Below are positions 56,201-64,000 of a stretch of 64,000 bases of DNA, piece after piece (position 1 is the first letter of the stretch; each line of letters begins with the position of its first letter). The stretch is taken from contig OX597828.1 in assembly GCA_951406725.2 (NCBI GenBank), positions 4,960,001 to 5,024,000 on the forward strand. The letters are read 5' to 3'. The position numbers and the translations under genes were made by a program. This DNA is from Octopus vulgaris. Lineage: Eukaryota. The notes beneath the pieces are model-generated. The model ran no database searches and was not told where the DNA came from. It worked only from the letters and a program-made list of their open reading frames with translations.

Positions 56201-56902
56201 CCAAGCTTAATACACATACATCTCCAAAAAGTTTTCAGAGTTGACCATATAAAAATGGTAAAGAAATGCGATTTGAAAAATATTGCCTTTCTTTTGCAGT
56301 CCAGTGTATATTGCCTCAAACAATAAAAATTCAGTTTGAATGAAAAAAACTTACAGATCGTTCCGTATAATACCTACTAATTTTGCCGCTAATGCAATTA
56401 CCTTAAATAATGCTGTCACATTATAAATTTAGGGAGATTTATTGATACATTCGTTACTTTCTTTAACCATTATGTAATAAGCATGTGTACACATTAAATA
56501 CATACACACACATAAATACATATATACATATACGTATAAGCATACACACACACACACATATATATATATATAAACACATATACACACACCCATGAATATA
56601 TAAACATATATACACACACTTATACACAAATATATACAGGTGCATATACACACTTCCATATATATACATTGGAATGCAAAAATCTCTTCTGGTGAAGAGT
56701 TCCGGTCGCACTTACTTTGCCACAGGAAACGCAGATTAGGGCAGCAATATCAAACTGTCTCATTCCCAAATGCTACATACTCATAGAAGTTTTCCATGCC
56801 TATATGCTAATTGGTTTAGGAACCATCTTCTGGCATTTTTCAACGTTTCATGCCACGGAAAAAATTTAAATATGCATTAGAAGCAGCTCGAACATATAAG
56901 CA

Positions 56903-57302
56903 ACACACATACACTAGGTGTGCGTGTGTTGTTAGTTCGCGGGTTGGCTGCGGTTTAGGTGTAAGGGAATATATTCTCAACGCGACTTGGGTTAAAAACA
57001 CCTGTAAGTAAATCATAGGAAAACGAGGCACGTTACAGCACGTCACTTCTCGAAGCAAAAGACATCGATGTTTCGCCATTGTCGTGAATTTTTGTAATGT
57101 CGGAAGGCCTTCTTCGGTATGCGACATTGAAAAGTCACAATAATTGATAAATATCAATGTTTGTTGCTCCGAGAAGGGATCAGATATGAATTGTCATGCT
57201 TGCCTATAACTTCCTTTCAGGCGCTTTTAACACCAGGCGCATTGAGAACGTATTCGCTTTTGCCTAAAGCACAGCCAGTCCAGGAACCTAGTGTATATGT
57301 GT
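56903..57302. repeat. Old foldback palindrome of about 400 bp with central HHR remnants
   Basis: Ends tacactagg/cctagtgta and arms alignable throughout. The minus arm has GAAAC-ATCGAT-GTC; the plus arm has aca-TTGAAAA-gtca..tgat-aaat-atcaat-GTT-tgt. Confidence 0.75.
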
Positions 57303-57361
57303 CCGATATATATATATATATATATATACACTATAATAATATATATATTGTATATTTATAC

Positions 57362-58050
57362 TACACAAGGTGGTACCCAAAAGAAACCGGAAATTTGCAA
57401 TATTATTTTATTCACTTAGTTTTACAAGTTTTATTTTTTATCGCCTTCAGAATATTCTCGATTTGAAGCAATGCATCTGTCCAGACGCGTTTTCCACAGT
57501 TCGAAGCAGTTCTGGAACTATTGAGAAGTAAGGCTTTTTGACGCTTCCATCGTTTTTTTCTTCATGTCTTTCACATCTGCAAATTCCATAGCAGCGGCTT
57601 TCGTCACCAGTGAGGACCTGCGTAAAAACGTCTCGATCAACTTCCAGCTGTTCTTTCAGTTCACGACACACATTCTGTGGTGACTGCTTTTGATATTCCG
57701 TGAGCAAGCGAGGCACAACTTTTGCTGCAACTCGTTTCATTCGCAATTCCTTGCTCAAAATCCGTTGGCAGGAGCTCAAGGATACACCAATCACATCAAC
57801 AAGCTTGTCAATTGTTCGGTGACGGTGCTCCAAGAAGATTTCATGATATTTTCATTCGTTCGGTCGCCCTGAACAAAGCTGGTCCTCAAGCGGAAAATGA
57901 CCATTCTTGAAGCGTGAAAACTACTCGTAAACATGAGAGCCGCTTTCTAAGCTCTTTGAAGCTTGACAACTTTGCGACGTTTGTTTTGAAAGTAGTGGAT
58001 TTCTGATTGCAGCCCTCCCGTGAAATCAGGCTTTGTGCAGCTCCCAGCGA
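57362..58050 (-). mobile_element. mariner remnant, internally deleted
   Basis: QRILSKELRMKRVAAKVVPRLLT..TGDESRCYG; TIR shared with 25284. Confidence 0.85.
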
Positions 58051-58057
58051 ACAGTTT

Positions 58058-58527
58058 TTATGGAAACTGGGTCCTCTGAAATAATTTTGAGAGTTGTATC
58101 TTTGTGATCCTTTCTAATAATTCGCTTACATATCCGACGGTCCCTATCTGAAAGTGTTGGTTTCTTCCGGAATTTTGCTTCGACAAGGAAGTTTTTCTCT
58201 CTTTCTCAAAGACTGTCATTACTTTCGAGAGAGTACTTCTTGATACACCAAACATTTCGGATGTTTTCGTTATGCTAGCGCCTGCCATACGAGCACCAAC
58301 AATTTGACCTCTTTGAAAATCCGATAGATTTGCGATGTTAATGTATTGTACTTTCCTATTTCTGACGATATCTGAAAAGAAACATCAATTTTAGTAAATC
58401 TTATTAAGCAACAATAATAATAAATCAGAAAACATAAAAATAAACCAGCTTTTGACGGTTCTATAGGTATTTCAAAATTATGATGCTATGATGCTAGGTA
58501 TTTCCATTAGTTTGTCCAACCCTTGTA
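58058..58527 (-). mobile_element. Tc1-like transposon 5' remnant
   Basis: QIVGARMAGASITKTSEMFGVSRSTLSKVM (HTH); TIR tacaagggttggacaaactaatggaaatacc. Confidence 0.8.
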
Positions 58528-58559
58528 TATATCAATATGTGTGTATGTGTGTGAGTGAG

Positions 58560-58730
58560 CATGTGTGTTTGTCTGTGTGTGTGTGTGTTTGTCCACCCCA
58601 ACGTCTCTTGACAACTGATACTGGGGTATTTATGCAACCGTAACTTAGTGGTTTGGCAAAAGACAACGATAGAATAAGTACTAGATTACAAAGAATAAGT
58701 CCTGGGTCGATTTCTTTGACTAAAGCCCTT

Positions 58731-58786
<56 letters not shown>

Positions 58787-58970
58787 CATACATACATACA
58801 TATATACATACATACATACATACATACATACTTACATACATACATATATGCTTATATATACGACGGCTTTCAGTTTCACAAGACTTTGGTCGGCACGAGG
58901 CTATAGTAGAAGAGACGTGCCAAAGGTGCCACGCAGTGCGACTGAATCCGGAACCATGTGGTTGGTCAGC
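58560..58970. mobile_element. Rearranged SINE family A (3' half on +, 5' half on -)
   Basis: 58585-58728 matches the tail on +; 58860-58968 matches the head on -. Confidence 0.7.
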
Positions 58971-59885
58971 ACCTATATATAAAATTAATATGAACAACAG
59001 TTTGCAATGTTTCACCAAAAAGAAGAATTATAAATGTCACTAAATGCGACAAGGGTGTTAAACAACTTCTAAATTGCTAGAAATAAGAGTTAAAATGCTC
59101 TAATGCTGTAGTTAACGCACAGGAACGAAAACATATACTCTAACAGGGATAATAATCGTCCAAAATGTGCCGATCGGAAATGCTTAATACTGACGCTTCA
59201 GTTTCGGCAATTTAGTATATTTCTATATGAACAAGTGGTGAGTTAATGATTTAAATATCAGTTTAGGCTTAAAAACAATACAGGGAATTAAGAATTCAAA
59301 CTTGTAATATATTCTTGCCGAAAAAGACGTTAAAACTAAACATAACTAATGTTATTACAATCGCTGTTAATGATATTAGTTTGTAGCATTGAAAGACTTA
59401 CTACGGATTGTTACACTTTGATTGTTCTCATATATTCTATTTCTAGACGAATCATGTGATCAATAACTAAAATCAGCCTTACACAATGCATGACCTAAGC
59501 TATTCAAGAGACTTCAAAATAAGCAAATATCAATTCTTAATCCTTATGCCACAACTGTGTGTGCGTGTTTTTGTGTCACCTTATGTATAAAGATATATAT
59601 ATTTTTTTAAATGACGGATTATTCAATGCCTTATAGCAGGCCACGTGTTTATTAACATTAAGAAGAAAAGATTCTGGCAATATCTTCGAAGTTTCGTTTT
59701 GCTCATATTCATCACACTGGACTCGTTATAATTGTATTCCTTTGGATTTCATATCGTCTTTAGCAATTCCCGTCCTCCCTCCCTCCCTCTCTTCCTCCAT
59801 CTATCTATCTATATATCTATCTATCTATCTATCTATCTGTCTATCTATCTATCTATCTATCTATTTATCTATTATTCTATCTATC

Positions 59886-59944
<59 letters not shown>

Positions 59945-60774
59945 TATCATTGGTAGGTTATCAGGTGTGAGATATAAAAAGTACGGTGAGGGTATCATAG
60001 GAGGAAATTATGTATTTGTACTCTGCCGGTTGGTAGAAAGTTATATTAAAATGATTTATTTCTGCTTTTGAAGGTTAGCCATAAATTAGAATACGAGTAG
60101 ACCGGTGAGAATGCACAATATTTCAACTAAGCGTTATTAAAATAACAGACACGTCTTAAACCATGTTGCTAGTTTTGCTTTCATTTTGTGTCTGTTTTCG
60201 CCCCTACATACCTGCCTTGAATTTGATATATCGAAATAAGCCATTCGCTAATATGTACATGCTTATACGCATGAATATAAAAATACGTCTGGTCTGTGTA
60301 CATATACACGTGTATTTGTGTGCACCGTCTTTGCAATGTAATCTTTAAATCATTGCTTTTACTAATTTTATACTTATATCTATGTTTGTAATTTATATTT
60401 ATTAGCTAATATTCATATGGCTTTGACCTGCTATCACTTTGTTGCCGATAAAATTAAGAAAAGATGCTTTATCTGAATTATGCCATTCTTGTTATCCTTC
60501 CAAAGGTGAAGATTTCTTACAAATTATTGAACAGTTTAGTGAGTATCAACTACAGCAACCACCCCACCGCGCACGCTGACAGTGTTCATCAACAGAAGTA
60601 GCTTCCTCGCTCGATACCGAGACCTTCTTAACTATAACAACATGTATATCGTTTATATATGATTCCAAGTGGTTCGATTATTAAGTCTCGCGCTGGACAT
60701 GGAACATATTGGGGAAGAGATGTGCCAGCCGTACAACTTCCCTCTCTCCTCTTCCCCCTCTCTCTCCAGCTATC

Positions 60775-60830
<56 letters not shown>

Positions 60831-63298
60831 ATTTCTTTTATTTGTCTCATTCACACTTGTTCCTTATTTCTTGAATAAAATATAATGTTGAGCTAAACAA
60901 TCGGAAGAAATCTCAAGATTATGTGAAATGATCAAGATAATCTATGACCTCAATATACCCTGAGCTATGCATTCTTCAGTGAGGTTGCTATATCGCCTTT
61001 CTGACCTTTGAAATTTGACTGCTGATCGATTTACTTCTTTGGTTTGCCTGAAAACCCATTTTCGTACGTGTCGGGCGACAAGATTTTAAATAATTTTACC
61101 AAAAGTTCTCTGCCAGCCACAACCTGCTGTAACCTGGTTACCAATATCTTCCTTCTGAAATTGTTGCATTAACATTTATCACGAGTTGGTGCAGCCATAG
61201 GTGAGAGCTGACGGTTAGAGAACGATAAGGTATCCTGAAAGGAAATCATTACAACCCTTACTTCATATGTCATACCTCCATTTTATGCAATTTTATGATT
61301 ATATCAACATTCATCAGAAAATACAGAATAGTTACACTTAATTAGAAGCCAATAAGTTTTGTATTTTGTGATTTTCATAAGCAGTGTAAGAGTAATATAA
61401 AGTTTGTAGTTGAAGAAAATTTGATCTTCCTTTTATTTTTCTATATAAGTTGTTTAGTATTTGTAATAATCGCGTGAGAGTGATATTCTTCAAGGTTTTA
61501 CTATGTCGCAAACTTGATTATTCTGCATTTGTTTCATGTATTTTGGTTGATCCTGTATATATCGACAGGGACTAAGGGAGCGTTTGCTGTAGAAAAATCC
61601 TTGTTTTTCACATGCCCAGAAAGTGTTTCATATTGTACATATTTTTTAATATATAGATGAGTTTAATATAAGGTTGGTGTGCGGACGTATGTAGTTGTTG
61701 TTATTGCTGTAGTCGTCTTCGTCATCATTGTTGTAGCTGTTAACCATCGGATTATGTACCATTAAGTAGTATAGGATTCAAAGACATTCTGGCTATGAAG
61801 ATCCAGCCACATTTTAAACTGATCAGTTTTGTAAGCTGCTAGGAGGCCATGAGAGATACACTGCACAGTTAAGTATGACGCATCTAGCGAATACATAACG
61901 TTCTGTTTTTGGTTAGTGTGTGATTTATTGTCATTCCTTATAATATCATTCAAAAATAAGCCAAAATGTATGTAACATCCTTTGTACTGTTATGACGCTC
62001 TATTGTTGTCCGATCAGTTCTTTGATCAAAAATATTCCTTCCATGGCTACCTTTCCTTTATATCAGAATATCAAATAGTGAATAATTTGCTTTTCTTTTA
62101 TTTGACAAGATGTAATTTGATTGTGAAGTAGTTATTGTTTTCAGAAGTTCTGGCGACATATTGCCTTGTGTTCACCAAAGTTATAAGATGAGTATATAAG
62201 CAAACTTACTTTTTTTTCCAGTTTACTTCTTAACGTCTCCTACGACTTGAGGAAAATGTATTTTGCTTTTGCGGTATATTGATATTTTTTATGTTTACGT
62301 AGATAAATCCGGCATTATTTTGTAATAGCTGTACCAACGGGAATGTTGGATTTTCCAGTGTTAAAGGGCAGTTTATTTTTTAAACGGGATTCTACATAGG
62401 TAATATAAAATCCTAACAGTTGTCTAAGAAAGACATGATAAATGCCAAAATCCGGATACATTTAGTTAACTTCAAGACGCTCTCAAAAACTTGGATGCAA
62501 TACTTCTGAAGCCAAAAAGATAAAAAAGGAAGAAAAAAAGAAGTGAATAATTTGATTCTATGATTTATTCGCGAATATTAACGGCGGACATATGCACAAT
62601 CTCTTATATATGTAATAGAACATAGATGAGTGGCGTCTTCTAAGACAATTCGCAATTTTTTTCAGCTGCACATTAGTATAGTGTTGATAACTTTGATAAT
62701 TTCTTAGGTAGAATTCTTAAGGTTTATACATGGGGTGAACTGATAAAATAAAAAAAAAATAGTAAAATGGGTCCATGCTTTGCTATATATCGTTATTGAA
62801 TTACAGATTGGTAAGTTCTTCAGAACGAGGAATTTAGTATGCCAAGAATGCATCACTACCTATTCGTGCTCACCGCGATAAGAATATAATAATATGAATG
62901 TTTATGTTGCGTATAATTAATAATTTTATGCCATAAAGCCAGCTATTGGAAAACATGCACCAAGCAATAGTGATAGACGGTTGCATATAGCCTTCAGTTC
63001 CTATAGATTATTGCCTATTGATGCACATAACAGTATTGATTAATATTGAAAGCAAGCAATGAGCGACGTGAATTGTTTTTTGTACGTAATAATCAGGGTT
63101 TTTGTTTGATGTATACAATACATCTAGCAAAAAGTCAATAATCAAAACAATGAATGATATATATGAGAGGGTATATGTGTGTGTGCGTGTATACTTATTC
63201 ATGTATATTTGTATATGCATACACGTCTATATATATATAGATTCACACACACGCACATACATATATATATATAAACACAAACAAAGACACATACACAC

Positions 63299-63332
<34 letters not shown>

Positions 63333-63347
63333 TCAAATGAATGTGTG

Positions 63348-63411
<64 letters not shown>

Positions 63412-63766
63412 TGAGTGTGTACGTGTGTGAATATGTATAAATGTATGTGTTTGGGCGTGGATGTGGGTGTATGCGCCTGTATGTAATTTTATTGTATGTA
63501 TATTTTCTGTGGGTTACATTCGTAATTACACGGCTATACGTAAGTATGAAAGAGAAAGCAATATATGAAAAATAGCGAAAGACAATGAGAGTAGGCATAT
63601 TTATGTGTATGTATAAAGGTAAAGAACTAAACAAAAACAACTCACTTAACCACGAGCGTATAATTGTACACATTAATAATTTGCACGTAATACCACATAC
63701 GAGAACATATATATAATATAAACGCGTTTTCAAGCTACATATATACACTTTTATGTATGTATATAT

Positions 63767-63843
<77 letters not shown>

Positions 63844-64000
63844 TAGACATACATACATATATATACATATATAGACATAAATACATATATATACATACAT
63901 ACATAAATATATATATATACACATATATATACGTAGATATAGTGGTATTATAAATTATGAATGCACATAAATACAGAGTATTTCTATATGTTCCAGCATA

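Noticed and set aside
61280-61322. Minus-strand CTGATGA-atg..cat-AAAA HHR-like motif
   Set aside because: Catalytic G12 is missing and stem III is irregular; at best a dead remnant in AT-rich DNA.
63718-63737. Minus-strand GAAAACGCGTT, a stem III-like palindrome
   Set aside because: The core half is absent; the sequence runs into microsatellite.

Overview
AT-rich, microsatellite-saturated eukaryotic DNA with no intact host gene. It is probably intronic or intergenic coleoid cephalopod (Octopus-like) DNA, inferred from the SINE families and the (TA)n/(CA)n/(TAA)n density. Recognisable content is decayed transposable elements: R4/Dong-type LINE fragments (several next to TAA arrays), a CR1-like LINE, mariner/Tc1 remnants, a Helentron derivative, two tRNA-type SINE families, and an ORF1-only Tx1/L1-like element with a 16-bp TSD. 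Almost all listed ORFs are microsatellite artefacts. The most striking signal is about a dozen type I hammerhead-ribozyme (HHR) motifs with short palindromic stem III, typical of Penelope-like elements. (i) A tandem canonical pair 599 nt apart sits in a repeat-spacer-repeat, retrozyme-like unit at 1370-2247. (ii) Foldback palindromes carry back-to-back HHRs at their centre (54890-55176, 56903-57302, 34685-34965). (iii) Several motifs have core variants that keep the 3-8 tertiary pair (G3-C8, U3-A8) or carry U4C. All folds were read by eye and none has been tested. Element boundaries are approximate.
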